DNA of 64,000 bases from Candidatus Xenobia bacterium. Lineage in GTDB: Bacteria; Vulcanimicrobiota; Xenobia; Xenobiales; QWHO01. The notes under the pieces are model-generated. The model searched no databases and was not told the origin of the DNA. It worked only from the letters and a program-made list of their open reading frames with translations. The position numbers and the translations under genes are program-made. Positions 51,070-61,364 of the stretch are shown here, in pieces. The stretch spans positions 60,594 through 124,593 of the forward strand of contig BTUM01000012.1 of NCBI GenBank assembly GCA_045863235.1, given 5' to 3'. Positions within the stretch are counted from its first letter, which is position 1. Every line of letters starts with the position of its first letter.

Positions 51070-53043
51070 CTACAGCTGGAAGCCCTCCGGACCCCAGAAG
51101 GCGAGCAGCTCGCAGGGCACGATCAGGTCAAAGCCCTGCAGGCCCAACTGCAGCCGACGGTCGGCCACCGTCCAGGCCAGCGCCCGGGTGAAGGGGTGGG
51201 CGGCCCCCAGCTGAGCCCGGGCGGCGCTGGTGGCGTCGCTGTCCCCCTTGCGGGCCAGGGCGGCCTGGCAGTAGGCGATGGTGGAGGTGTCGGCAGGCGA
51301 CCAGAGGCAGAGTCCTCGCTCTTTGAGGTCGGCGGCCACATCCTCGGTGAAGTTCCCCGGCTCGGGCATAGCGTGCTCGAAGCGGCGCTTGAGGAGCGAG
51401 GCGGCAAACTGCAGCCGGACCGAGCGAGCCAGCCCAACGCTCTGCTCGGCGGCCAGCATGGTCAGCCGGTGGGCGTGTTCCCACTCCCCTACCCTGGCCT
51501 CCAGGCGAGACCGCAGCTCGAGCACCACGGGGCGCTCATCGCCCGAGCGGGCCAGCTCTGCCCGCGCCTGGGAGGGATGGTCCCGCTTCAGGGCCAGCAG
51601 GCCGCGGGCCAGCGGCGTATCGGGCAGAGCGGGGTCTTTCCAATCGAGCCAGAGATCGAGCAGGGCGCTGCGATGGTCGCGCGGGTCGAGCAGGGCGCGG
51701 GCCTCGACGAAATCGCCCGCGGCGGCGTGCAGCAGGGCCCGCTCTTCAGCCACGGCCGACCCCGGCAGGAGGGCGTGGAGCGCCTCCAGGTTGCGCAGCA
51801 GGGCCCGCAGCGCCGCCATCGACAGGGGGCCTGCCTGCCTGGTGGCCTTGAGTCGTTCCAGGAGCTGTTGCAGCACCGGTCCCCACTCCTGGTTGGTCGG
51901 CTCGAGCCAGGCCGGGGTGCATTCGCGCAGCAGGCGACCGAGCTGCTCGTCGGGGGCGGCCTGCAGCCGCCGGGCCTGCACGCTGGTCCAGGCGGCCTTG
52001 TTCACTCGCCTCTGGAAGCGCGCCGCCAGGGAGGTGAGCAAGTCGTCGGGCAGCTGGCTCTGGTGGTCGATCAGGGCCTCGTCGAGCAAGATCTGGACGG
52101 TCTCCAGGGCCTGCTTCAGAGCCTCGTCCTGGACCACCCGGGTATAGGAGAGGTCGATGCGCTGGGTGGGGCGCACCAGAGTCAAGCTGAGGAACGGATC
52201 CGGGCTGGCCGCGTCCGGCTGGGGGAAGCGGATGCCCTGGGCCACGATGGTCAGGCCCCGGTTCCGGACCGCCGAGCCCACTGCCGCAATGGCGTGGTAG
52301 TCCCCCTCGAGGGTTCGCTCGAGCACAGGGGTCTGCTCCTCCCAACGCTGCTCGATCAGGCCCTGCACGGGGTCGCGCCGCTCGCTCACCGGCGAGGCGG
52401 TGGCCAGCGCGTCCAGGGTGCGCCGGTCGGCCTGGCCAACCATCTTGACCACCAGAGCGCAGGGACCGAGCTGGAAGGTGCGATCGAGAACTCGTCCGTT
52501 GATGCTGATGGCAGTGCCCAGGCCGGCGCAGTGACGGGCGATCAGCCGGCTCTCAGGGGGCAGTTGGAGCCACTCGCCCAGGTACTTGAACAGCGCCCGC
52601 CAGCCGTAGCCTTCGCGGACCTGCAGGCGTAGCCCGGGGAAGGCCGGGCAGGCGAGGAGGCGCAGGGCCCCACGGCGGATCTCGAGCCGGTTCTCGCCTG
52701 AATCGACCTGAATGAAGCGAGGTTTGAGCGCCTGAGCGCTGAGCAGGGCCAGGCCCAGAGGGAGCATCGCACCGTCCAATCGGAACAGATCCTCCAGCTC
52801 GGCCCGGCTGAGCGGCTCTCCCAGCCAGCTGAAGATGAAGTCGTCGGCATCATTGACGATCTCCACCGCAGCCGCGCCGCGTCGGGTGGCGGCGGCCATC
52901 AGCAGCAGGCCGTAGCGGTTCTTGTCGAGCAGTTGGTGCCGGCGCAGCTTCTCGAGGCCATGGCGCAGGTCGAGCGAGAACGCGCCGCTGGAATCGACCG
53001 TGCCAGCCCCCCGCAACTCCTCGAGCAGGTTCTCCAGGCTCAT
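51070..53043 (-). CDS. Hypothetical protein with a GHKL-like N-terminal region and helical/TPR C-terminus
   Basis: G..DS.G.FSLD....EKL...QL, AA...GA..+.+, LG+AL..A pattern. Confidence 0.6.
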   Translation of the reverse strand: MSLENLLEELRGAGTVDSSGAFSLDLRHGLEKLRRHQLLDKNRYGLLLMAAATRRGAAAVEIVNDADDFIFSWLGEPLSRAELEDLFRLDGAMLPLGLALLSAQALKPRFIQVDSGENRLEIRRGALRLLACPAFPGLRLQVREGYGWRALFKYLGEWLQLPPESRLIARHCAGLGTAISINGRVLDRTFQLGPCALVVKMVGQADRRTLDALATASPVSERRDPVQGLIEQRWEEQTPVLERTLEGDYHAIAAVGSAVRNRGLTIVAQGIRFPQPDAASPDPFLSLTLVRPTQRIDLSYTRVVQDEALKQALETVQILLDEALIDHQSQLPDDLLTSLAARFQRRVNKAAWTSVQARRLQAAPDEQLGRLLRECTPAWLEPTNQEWGPVLQQLLERLKATRQAGPLSMAALRALLRNLEALHALLPGSAVAEERALLHAAAGDFVEARALLDPRDHRSALLDLWLDWKDPALPDTPLARGLLALKRDHPSQARAELARSGDERPVVLELRSRLEARVGEWEHAHRLTMLAAEQSVGLARSVRLQFAASLLKRRFEHAMPEPGNFTEDVAADLKERGLCLWSPADTSTIAYCQAALARKGDSDATSAARAQLGAAHPFTRALAWTVADRRLQLGLQGFDLIVPCELLAFWGPEGFQL

Positions 53044-53068
53044 GGAGGCTGATTTGGCCTTGAGCCGG

Positions 53069-54346
53069 CTACTCCCCCTCCAGCTCGATCAGGTAGACCT
53101 CCCAGCGACGCGTGAGCACCAGGCTCCAGCTCTGATCGTCCGGGAAGATGTAGAGCATGGCGGCGTCCCAGGAGAGCTGCTGGTCCTCCAGCTCGCGCAG
53201 GCTGGGGGCGTGCATGCGCTGCACCACGGGCGCGTATTCCTCCCAGACATTGAGGGATTGACTGCGGCGCAGCAGCTCATAACGCTCGCGCGCAGCCTGG
53301 TCGGTGCTGACCCGGCGACCGGTCAGGCTGCTCAGATGGGCCGGGGTCCAGTCCCAGTCGTAGCGACGGCCGCCCAGAAAACGTTGCTGCCACTCTTGCA
53401 TGGAAGGGGCGGCGGGAGCAGGCAAATTGAGACCCGGACTGTCCGACTCGAACCAGCTCGGACCTTCCCAGACGGCGGGCCCGCTCCCCAGGCTGGGGCG
53501 GGGTCGCGGCTCGGGCGGGGACAGGCTGGCGGCCCGCTGCAGAAGCTGGAAGCGGCGCTCGCATCCCCGCTCCTCGCTCCGATCGCCGCGCCGGCGGTGC
53601 AGCTCGAGGAGCTCTTCCTGGCAGCGGCGGGCCTCCTCGGGGCAGCCCAGGTCTAGCAGAAAGCGCAGCTCGAGCTCGTAGGGACGGGCCGACTGCGGAT
53701 CGATCTTGCGCATCTCTCGGCTCACCAGCAGGGCCTGGCGATAGAGCCCCTGATCGCGGTAGAAGGCGAAGACGACGCTGGCCTCCTCCATGGCCTGAGC
53801 GGGCTGGCTTGTGGCCACCAGCGACCGGATGCGAAGGTGGAGCGAATCGTCGGTTTCCGGGCCCCAGCCCCTCAGGGGCTCGAGGGTGACCTGGGCCTCC
53901 TCGTGCTGGCCCTCCTCGAGCAGCCGCCGCGCTTCCTGGATACGCCAGGGGGTCTGGGCCAGTTGCTCGGCCACCTCCACCGCCCGGTTGCGCCTCAGCT
54001 CCTCGTCCAGGTGGGCCACCAGCTCGCGGTTGGCAGGGTTCTCGCGGTAGATCCAGGCCCGGGCCCCTGGACGCGCCCCGGCGCGAACCAGCACCGGGAT
54101 GAGCCGCGTCAGCCGGCGCGAGACGGCCAGGTCCAGGGCGGTGAAGCCGATGGCGCCCGGGGCCAGGACCTCGGCATTGGGATGGGCGCCCTGGGCCAGC
54201 AAGACCTGCACCTCCTCCAGCCGATCACTGAGCGTGGCCAGGTGGAGCGGCGTGTAGCCTTCGGCGTAGTAGACGTTCGGGGCCCGCCAGGGTTCCTCGG
54301 GTCGCACCCCTGCATGGTAGCGCGCAAACGGTCGTTCGTCGAGCAT
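53069..54346 (-). CDS. Ankyrin-repeat and TPR-like protein
   Basis: GYTPLHLA....E.V..LL..GA.PN and G.TALDLA...L...GA. Confidence 0.75.
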   Translation of the reverse strand: MLDERPFARYHAGVRPEEPWRAPNVYYAEGYTPLHLATLSDRLEEVQVLLAQGAHPNAEVLAPGAIGFTALDLAVSRRLTRLIPVLVRAGARPGARAWIYRENPANRELVAHLDEELRRNRAVEVAEQLAQTPWRIQEARRLLEEGQHEEAQVTLEPLRGWGPETDDSLHLRIRSLVATSQPAQAMEEASVVFAFYRDQGLYRQALLVSREMRKIDPQSARPYELELRFLLDLGCPEEARRCQEELLELHRRRGDRSEERGCERRFQLLQRAASLSPPEPRPRPSLGSGPAVWEGPSWFESDSPGLNLPAPAAPSMQEWQQRFLGGRRYDWDWTPAHLSSLTGRRVSTDQAARERYELLRRSQSLNVWEEYAPVVQRMHAPSLRELEDQQLSWDAAMLYIFPDDQSWSLVLTRRWEVYLIELEGE

Positions 54347-54453
54347 GCTCCAAGGATAGCATGAAGGGTCCGGAGGGACGGTGCGGTTCTCCCGGAACGG
54401 GAGCCTGACGACTCCAGGACTCTTCCCGCGCCCTCCAGAAGGTCTGTTCTACC

Positions 54454-57400
54454 TTGGACGTACCCGAGATTCCGGGCTATCGCATCCAGGCCGAGCTGGG
54501 CCGGGGAGCTCGTGGCGTGGTCTACCGGGCCCAACGCGGCGGGGTGAGCTATGCCATCAAAGTCGAGCTCGAGGGCAATGACCGCTCCTTGTTGTCATGC
54601 GGCGCCATCCTGGCCTGCATGCGCCACCCCGGCCTGCCGGAGGTGGTCGAGGTGGGCGAGGCGGGCGGGCGGCCCTACCTGGTGCGCGAGTATGTGCCCG
54701 GCTACAGTCTGGCAGCCGAGCTCGAGACCGGGCCACTGCCCGAGAACGAGCTGATCGAGATCGCCAAGACCATCGCCGGGGCCCTCGACCAGGTGCACCG
54801 GCACGGGCTGATCCACCGCGACGTCAAGCCCTCCAACATCATGCTGAGCCGCTCGGGGGGAGCCCGGCTGATCGACTTCGGCTTCGCCACCAACATCCAC
54901 GCCTCCAAGCACGATGCCGTGGGCACCTATCTCTACGCCGCTCCCGAGCAGAGCGGGGTGCTCGACGCCCCCATCGACCAGCGCTCTGACCTCTACGCCC
55001 TGGGAACGGTGCTCTTCCACTGCGCTACCGGGCGGCCTCCCTACGAGTCGGAGAGCACCGCCAGCTTGCTCCAGATGCACGCGGCCGCCCCGGTGCCCCG
55101 CCTGGAGGACCATCGCCCCGAGCTCTCCCCCGCCCTGGGTCTGATCATCGAGAAGCTGCTGGCCAAGGACCCTCGCGACCGCTATCAGACCGGGCACAGC
55201 TTGCTGGCCGACCTGCGGGCCCTCAACAAGCTGAACCAGCGCCTGGCCGAGGAGGGCAAGGTCTCGCTGGGGGACAGCGCGCAGGAGCTGACCTCGCAGT
55301 TCCACGAGATGGTGGGCCGCGAGGCCGAGCTCGAGGAGCTGCTCGCGGCCCTCGAGCGCACCTCGCGCGGAGACGGCCAGTCGGTGCTCGTCGAGGGCGA
55401 GGGGGGTAGCGGCAAGAGCTTTCTGGCTCGCGAATTCCTGCGCAAGGCGGTCACCGCCCGTCCCCTGGTGCTGGAGGCGCGCTGCGAGCAGGGCCAGCCT
55501 CCCTATGCCCCGATGCGAGCCTGGGCGGAAGGGTACTTTCAGCAACTGCCGGGGCTGCCGGCGGTGCAGCGCAAGTTCGTGGAAGACGAGCTGGTCACGT
55601 TCCTGGAGCAGTGGGGCACGCTTTTGGGTCGGCTCAGCCCGGTCCTGGCCCGGGGTCAGGAGCACACAGCCGCGCTCGAGGCCGGCGACCGCTTCCTGGA
55701 CGCGACCGCAGCCTTCTTCTTGCAGCTTGCCCGCATGCACGGCTGCCTGATCCTGCTGCTCGACGACGCCCACCACCTCGATGAGGGCGGTCACCAGGTG
55801 CTGCGCCGCGTGCGCACCGCCCTGGAGGAGGTGCCCATCCTGCTGCTGGCCACCGCCCGCTCCTCGCTCGAGAGCCGCCAGGGGCTCGAGCTCTATCTCC
55901 GCTCGGCCCGCCCCAGCGTGCGCCTAGCCCTGGAGCCCCTGGGCAACCCGGAGATCGAGCTGCTGGTCTATTCCTATCTGGGCTCGCGCCCGGTGGACGC
56001 CGAGCTGGTGCACCAGGTGGCCGTTCGCAGCCACGGCAACCCCTTCGCCACGGCGGAGTATGTGCGGGCCATGCTCAGCTCGGGGGTGGTGCTGCCCAGC
56101 CTGGAGGGGTGGCGAGTCGACCACCAGGGCCTGCAGAGCCTCAGGCTGCCGGCCGACGTGCTGGAGCTGGTGCTGCAGCGGGCGGCCATGGTTTCGCCCG
56201 AGGTGCGAGCGTTGATGACCCTGGCCGCCGTCTACGGCAGCCGCTTCAGCCTGGCCGGCCTGGCCGCGGTGGTGGAGAAGCCCGAGGCCCAGGTGCAAGA
56301 CCTGCTGGAGGTGGCGGTGCAGTTCAGCATCGTCGAGCAGGCCGCGCCCGGCAGCTACCTGTTCGTGCACGACCGCATCCGCGAGGCCTTCCTGGGCGGG
56401 CTGGAAGACGAGGCCCGTCGCGAGCTGCACCGGCGCGTGGCGCAAGGGCTCGAGAAACTGGCCAAAATCCAGCCCGAGCTGGCCTACGCGGTGGCGCGCC
56501 ACTACGCGCTTGGGCTGGGCCAGGGGGGCCGGGTCTACGAGACCAACCTGTCGGCCGGGCTGATGGCCCTGCGCGACTTCGCCTTCGAGGACGCCTACCA
56601 GTTCTTGACCCAGGCCTGCCGCTCGGCAGAGAAGCGCACCGAGTGGATGGAGCCGCTCAGCCTGGCCTGCGAGCGCACCAACCGGGTGGAGGAGGCGATC
56701 AAGCTGCTGACCCGGCTGCTGGAAGGCAAGCCCGATTCCCTGCGCCGGGCCCAGTATCTGCACCGCGTCTCCAAGCTCCGCCTCTCCAAGCTCGACCGGG
56801 CCCAGGCCCGGGATGGCTGCCGCCAGGCGCTGGCGGCCATCGGCAAGCCGGTGCTCGATCATCCCCTCTGGAACGGGGTGGCCGCGGCCTACTACTTCGG
56901 CCTCTGGCTGCTGGCCGACTTCACCCGCATCGGCCGGGCCGGCACCGGCAACCGCGAGCGCGAGGAGACCGTGGCCGAGCTCTACCAGAGCTACTCCGAA
57001 GGCGAGTACTTCGAGATGCACTACCCGAAGATGCTCGAGATGGGGGCCCGCGCCTGCCTCTCGGGCCACCGCATCGGCCCCTCGCCCCAGATGATCACCA
57101 GCTACGCCAACATGATGATTTTCTTTGGCATGCTGCGAAAGAGCAAGATCGTCGAGCGGCGCGCATCCACCATCCAGAAGCTGGCCGACCAGCTCGGCGA
57201 TCCGGTCTCCAACAGCCATCTCCAGGTGATGCGTCACGTGGCCCTGCACATCGCGGGCGAGTGCGGGGAGGTGGAGGACGGGCTGGATCGGGTGCTGACC
57301 CAACACGGCCACCTCACCGAAGCCTGGGTCTACCTGATCGGCGTGGCCGACCTGGCCTGGGTGCTGATGATGCGCGGTTACCAGGACCGCGCCTGGGCCT

Positions 57401-59733
57401 GGGTGCAGCGGGGCATCGAGCGCTGCAAGCTGACCAGCAGTCCGGCCGGGGTGGTGCGCGACCTGGACATCCTCTCGTGCTACGCCATCTCTTGTCTGGC
57501 CGTGCTGGGCCGTCCCGGGGAAGCGCTCGAATACGTGGAGCGGCTCAGGGAGAAGTGCACCACCGGCCAGGCCGACCGCTCGCTCGAGGCCAACTACCTG
57601 GGCCACCTCTTGATGCTGCACCGCGAGACGGGCGAGCTGACCTCTCCCATGGTGGAGACGGGGGAGCAGTTCTTGAAGCTCAAGATGCTCCCGGCACTCA
57701 CTCCCCTGCACCGGCGCCACTTCTTCGTGCTGTGGGCCTACGCCAACCTGGACCGCTGCCAGCGCGGGGAGGCCAGCGAGGACGACTATGCCCGCCTGGA
57801 CCAGGCCATGAAGCTGCTCAAGAAGACGGCCAACCGGGTGGTGATCCAGGCCCACTACCTGACCGCGCTGGGGGCTCGCGAGCACCTGGCCGGCCGCCAT
57901 CACCGGGCCCTGGAGCACCTCTCCAAAGCCCAGGATCTGGCCGCCCTGCACGACGCCCCGTGGGTCACCTTCGAGGTGGGCCGCTGGCGCTCGCGCGTTC
58001 TGAGCGCCATGCAGAAGTTCGACGCCGCCAACCGCGAGGCGGCCCGAGCCTACCAGCTGGCGGTGGAGATGAACTGGCCCTCGCGGGCGCGAGCGGCGGC
58101 CCGCGAATTCGCCCTGGGTCGCTCCAGCTCCATGGGAGGCTCGGCCTCGCTCTCGGCCGGCAGCCGTCGAGTCGAGCCGGGAGATGCCGTGCAGGCCCGC
58201 CTGCAGCGCCAGCTCTCGGCCCTGCTCAACCTCAGCCTGGCCTCGGCCCGGGTGCTGCGCCCCTACGAGCAGGCCCGAGCCGTGCTCGACGAGCTGATCA
58301 AGATCCTCAACGCCGAGCGGGCCTACCTGTTCATGCTCGGTGACGAGGGGATCGGCTTCGTGACCGGTCGCGACCGCACCGGCGAAACCCTGTCCGCCCC
58401 CACCGGATACAGCCGGACGGTGGTCGACACGGTGCACTTCAGCCGCGAGCCGGTGGTCATCGCCGGCACCGAGGAGGGAGCGGCCCTGGGAGCCGTCAGC
58501 GTGGTGGCCCACGACCTGCGCAGCATCATCTGCGCTCCCCTTTTCCTGCGCGAGCAGTTCGTGGGGGTGGTCTACCTCGACAACCGGCTGGCTCGAGGGG
58601 TCTTCACCGACGAGGACATCGAGATCCTCAACGCCCTCTCCAGCCACATCGCCGTGGCCATGGAAACGGCCCGAGCCGCGCGCCTGGAGGTGGAGGTGCA
58701 GTCCGAGCGCAGCCGCCGCGAGCTCGCCGACCGGCTCAGCGAGTTCACCAGCGCTCTGTCTTCCACCCTGGACACGCGCGTCATCCTCGACCACCTGCTC
58801 GAGACCATGGCCCACATCGTGCCCTTCGTGCGGGCCAGCCTGTGGCTGGTCCACGAGCAACAGCTCCAGTCGGTCATGCTGCGGGGCTTCCCGGAGTGGC
58901 TCGGCACCAGCAGCGAGGTCGACCCCGACGGGCTGGCCCAGGCGGTGGTGAGCGCCCGCCCGGTGTTGGAGCCGTCGATGCAGAGCGAGCCGGGCTTCCC
59001 CAACCTGACCTTCCCGGCCCCCTTCAGCTGGATCGCGTCCCCGCTCTTGAGCGAGGGACGGGTGATCGGGGTGCTGACGCTGTCGGCCGCCAAAGTGGAC
59101 GCCTTCACCGACTATGAGGCCGAGGTGGCCTTCACGTTCTGCAACCAGGCCGGCATCGCCCTGGCCAACGCCAGCATGTTCCAGGAGATTGACCGGCTGG
59201 CCACCACCGACCACCTGACCGGGGTCTACAACCGGCGCCGATTCTGGGAGCTGGCCGAGCTGACGCTGGAGCAGGTGCACGAGGTGTCGGCCATCATGCT
59301 GGACGTGGATCACTTCAAGCGCTTCAACGACACCTACGGCCACGCGGTGGGCGACGAGGTGCTGCGGCTGGTGTCCTGGACCCTGCAAGACTGCATCGGT
59401 GAGGCCGGACTGCTGGCCCGTTACGGAGGCGAGGAGTTCTGCATTCTGCTCCCCGAGCAAGGCCTCGAGCAAGCGATCCGGCAGGCCGAGGCCGTCCGCC
59501 AGGCGGTCGAGCGCACCCCGCTCGAGCACGAGAAGGGTCCGCTGGGAGTCACCCTCAGCCTGGGCGTGGCCACCCTGCAGCAGGGCGAGACGCTCGACCA
59601 CCTGCTGGCCCGGGCCGATGCGGCCCTCTACCAGGCCAAGAGCGCCGGGCGCAACCGAGTGGCCGTCGGGGAAGGCGAGGCGCAGGCGTCATCTGAGCAA
59701 AGGTTGGTGCGCAGCGCGCCGCGTCAGCCGTAA
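54454..59733 (+). CDS. Ser/Thr kinase - AAA ATPase - TPR - GAF - GAF - GGDEF multidomain signalling protein
   Basis: LGRGARGVVY, AIK, HRDVKPSN, DFG, APEQ; GEGGSGKS, LLLDD, GNPF, F.HDRIRE; two GAF domains; DVDHFK.FND.YGH.VGD, RYGGEEF. Confidence 0.93.
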   Translation: MDVPEIPGYRIQAELGRGARGVVYRAQRGGVSYAIKVELEGNDRSLLSCGAILACMRHPGLPEVVEVGEAGGRPYLVREYVPGYSLAAELETGPLPENELIEIAKTIAGALDQVHRHGLIHRDVKPSNIMLSRSGGARLIDFGFATNIHASKHDAVGTYLYAAPEQSGVLDAPIDQRSDLYALGTVLFHCATGRPPYESESTASLLQMHAAAPVPRLEDHRPELSPALGLIIEKLLAKDPRDRYQTGHSLLADLRALNKLNQRLAEEGKVSLGDSAQELTSQFHEMVGREAELEELLAALERTSRGDGQSVLVEGEGGSGKSFLAREFLRKAVTARPLVLEARCEQGQPPYAPMRAWAEGYFQQLPGLPAVQRKFVEDELVTFLEQWGTLLGRLSPVLARGQEHTAALEAGDRFLDATAAFFLQLARMHGCLILLLDDAHHLDEGGHQVLRRVRTALEEVPILLLATARSSLESRQGLELYLRSARPSVRLALEPLGNPEIELLVYSYLGSRPVDAELVHQVAVRSHGNPFATAEYVRAMLSSGVVLPSLEGWRVDHQGLQSLRLPADVLELVLQRAAMVSPEVRALMTLAAVYGSRFSLAGLAAVVEKPEAQVQDLLEVAVQFSIVEQAAPGSYLFVHDRIREAFLGGLEDEARRELHRRVAQGLEKLAKIQPELAYAVARHYALGLGQGGRVYETNLSAGLMALRDFAFEDAYQFLTQACRSAEKRTEWMEPLSLACERTNRVEEAIKLLTRLLEGKPDSLRRAQYLHRVSKLRLSKLDRAQARDGCRQALAAIGKPVLDHPLWNGVAAAYYFGLWLLADFTRIGRAGTGNREREETVAELYQSYSEGEYFEMHYPKMLEMGARACLSGHRIGPSPQMITSYANMMIFFGMLRKSKIVERRASTIQKLADQLGDPVSNSHLQVMRHVALHIAGECGEVEDGLDRVLTQHGHLTEAWVYLIGVADLAWVLMMRGYQDRAWAWVQRGIERCKLTSSPAGVVRDLDILSCYAISCLAVLGRPGEALEYVERLREKCTTGQADRSLEANYLGHLLMLHRETGELTSPMVETGEQFLKLKMLPALTPLHRRHFFVLWAYANLDRCQRGEASEDDYARLDQAMKLLKKTANRVVIQAHYLTALGAREHLAGRHHRALEHLSKAQDLAALHDAPWVTFEVGRWRSRVLSAMQKFDAANREAARAYQLAVEMNWPSRARAAAREFALGRSSSMGGSASLSAGSRRVEPGDAVQARLQRQLSALLNLSLASARVLRPYEQARAVLDELIKILNAERAYLFMLGDEGIGFVTGRDRTGETLSAPTGYSRTVVDTVHFSREPVVIAGTEEGAALGAVSVVAHDLRSIICAPLFLREQFVGVVYLDNRLARGVFTDEDIEILNALSSHIAVAMETARAARLEVEVQSERSRRELADRLSEFTSALSSTLDTRVILDHLLETMAHIVPFVRASLWLVHEQQLQSVMLRGFPEWLGTSSEVDPDGLAQAVVSARPVLEPSMQSEPGFPNLTFPAPFSWIASPLLSEGRVIGVLTLSAAKVDAFTDYEAEVAFTFCNQAGIALANASMFQEIDRLATTDHLTGVYNRRRFWELAELTLEQVHEVSAIMLDVDHFKRFNDTYGHAVGDEVLRLVSWTLQDCIGEAGLLARYGGEEFCILLPEQGLEQAIRQAEAVRQAVERTPLEHEKGPLGVTLSLGVATLQQGETLDHLLARADAALYQAKSAGRNRVAVGEGEAQASSEQRLVRSAPRQP

Positions 59734-59840
59734 AGCTCGTCGAGCGAGAACGGCGCTTTAGCGCGGGACTGAACGAGGGAGCAACAGGGATCGTGGCTGT
59801 CTACCTGACCAACAGGACGATTCTGGTCTGCCACGCGGGC

Positions 59841-60090
59841 TCAATCTTGCTCCCAGTCTCGAGCATCGTCCTCGCGGCGGTCGCAGTCGTCGTCATGGCC
59901 CTTGCCCACGGTGAACTCGACCACCACGCGCGTCAGGCCGGGGCCGCTGCCCGTGTAGCCGGTCGACCGGGCTACGATCTCCAGGGTGTGGCGGCCGGGC
60001 ACGAGGGGTTGGGCTGGGCGTCCGCTCAGAAGGATGCGCTCGAAAACGCGACCCGGCTTGAGCGACTCATCGAAACACGTTGCAGTTGGA
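59841..60090 (-). pseudogene. Orphan C-terminal remnant paralogous to ORF 60188-61321
   Basis: PAQPLVPGRHTLEIVARSTGYTGSGPGLT...FTVG..DDDCD...DWEQD aligns with PPMRLSPGLHQAHLVVQVSGYQAKNSGPGQT...FRVG..EDECD...EWERDD; no credible start codon. Confidence 0.7.
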
Positions 60091-60187
60091 CAGCAGAAGT
60101 GTCTTGAGCGAGCCCAGGTCCGCGGTCGACAGAAGTGGGTCGCTCCAAGTTGCTGCTCGCTCCAGCCCGCCCACCAGACGGTTGGAA

Positions 60188-61321
60188 TCAATCGTCGCGC
60201 TCCCACTCTTTGTCATCATCCCACTCGTCGCACTCGTCTTCAGGGTTGTCCTGGTTCTGGCCGACGCGAAAGGTCCAGGTCAAGGTAGTCTGCCCCGGCC
60301 CGGAGTTTTTCGCCTGATAGCCGCTGACTTGCACGACGAGGTGTGCCTGGTGCAGACCCGGCGACAGTCTCATCGGGGGACGGGCCTCGAAACGCAGCTT
60401 CTCCGTGGGATGACCGTCCCGCAAACGATGGGGGACTTTGGTCCGGACGCTCAGATATGGCGTCATGTCTTGCCCATCCAGCGTCAACTGGATCCTGGAC
60501 AGGTCGACCTGGATGAAGCGGATGTCGCCCACGCTGGTTTCGAACCGGATGCGAGGTCGCGGTCCGGTCACCTTGCCATCCCGGGGTGAGCGCAGCTTCA
60601 CCGTGGGATTCGCGAACAACGTGCTCATCCCGGTGCGCCAGGTGCCATAGTTCAGGAAGGAAAGGTCATATAGCAGAGTAGCTGCAATATGGTCCTCGTT
60701 GCCGTCCACGGCGACAAAAGCCTGGCGTCGAAAGAGACCCACCTTCAGGCCGTCGGCGTAGCGTTCGAGCTGGCAGGAGAGGGCTCCCCGGGCCGACGCG
60801 TAAACCTCGTCCAGGCCATACTGCAGCTCCAGCGGAAGTGACCCGGCCTCGCGCGCCAGGCGATTGCGGTCGCCCTCCAGCACCTGCGTGATCGTAGGAG
60901 CGCCGTAAGAGCTCAGCAGCCGATTGCACTCGGCCAGGTAGCCCTCCCAATTCTTACGGCGAAACCGCATGTTCAGAAGATTTCTTTTGGCACAGATCTC
61001 AAAGCGTGAGTTCGGGTAGGCGGCGATCAGCGAGCGATAGATCGACTCGGCGCGGGGCCGGTCGAATTGAGCGCACCAGTAAGCAGCCCTGCTCATGGAT
61101 ACCGCTCCGAGAGTCGTGCCCGGGTGGGCCGCCGCCAGGGCCAGGAGAGCGTCCACCCCTTCGGAAAATTTCTGCTTGTTGGTCACCAACTGGTCGGCCT
61201 GCCGGAACTCGGGGGTCATCTGGAAAGGCTCATAGACGCGAGGGGGCTGGCCGACACACTCGGCCGTCTGCCAGAGCCAGAAGAGCAGAGCTAAGCCCGA
61301 GACCAGGATCGCTTTACGCAT
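60188..61321 (-). CDS. Exported TPR plus Ig-like protein with an acidic tail
   Basis: RBS GGAGG; signal peptide MRKAILVSGLALLFWLW; Y..LI..YPNS TPR motif; beta-rich C-terminal domain. Confidence 0.8.
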   Translation of the reverse strand: MRKAILVSGLALLFWLWQTAECVGQPPRVYEPFQMTPEFRQADQLVTNKQKFSEGVDALLALAAAHPGTTLGAVSMSRAAYWCAQFDRPRAESIYRSLIAAYPNSRFEICAKRNLLNMRFRRKNWEGYLAECNRLLSSYGAPTITQVLEGDRNRLAREAGSLPLELQYGLDEVYASARGALSCQLERYADGLKVGLFRRQAFVAVDGNEDHIAATLLYDLSFLNYGTWRTGMSTLFANPTVKLRSPRDGKVTGPRPRIRFETSVGDIRFIQVDLSRIQLTLDGQDMTPYLSVRTKVPHRLRDGHPTEKLRFEARPPMRLSPGLHQAHLVVQVSGYQAKNSGPGQTTLTWTFRVGQNQDNPEDECDEWDDDKEWERDD

Positions 61322-61364
61322 GGTTTCCTCCGAAGTTTCAGCGACGACAGGAGCGGTCGACAAA

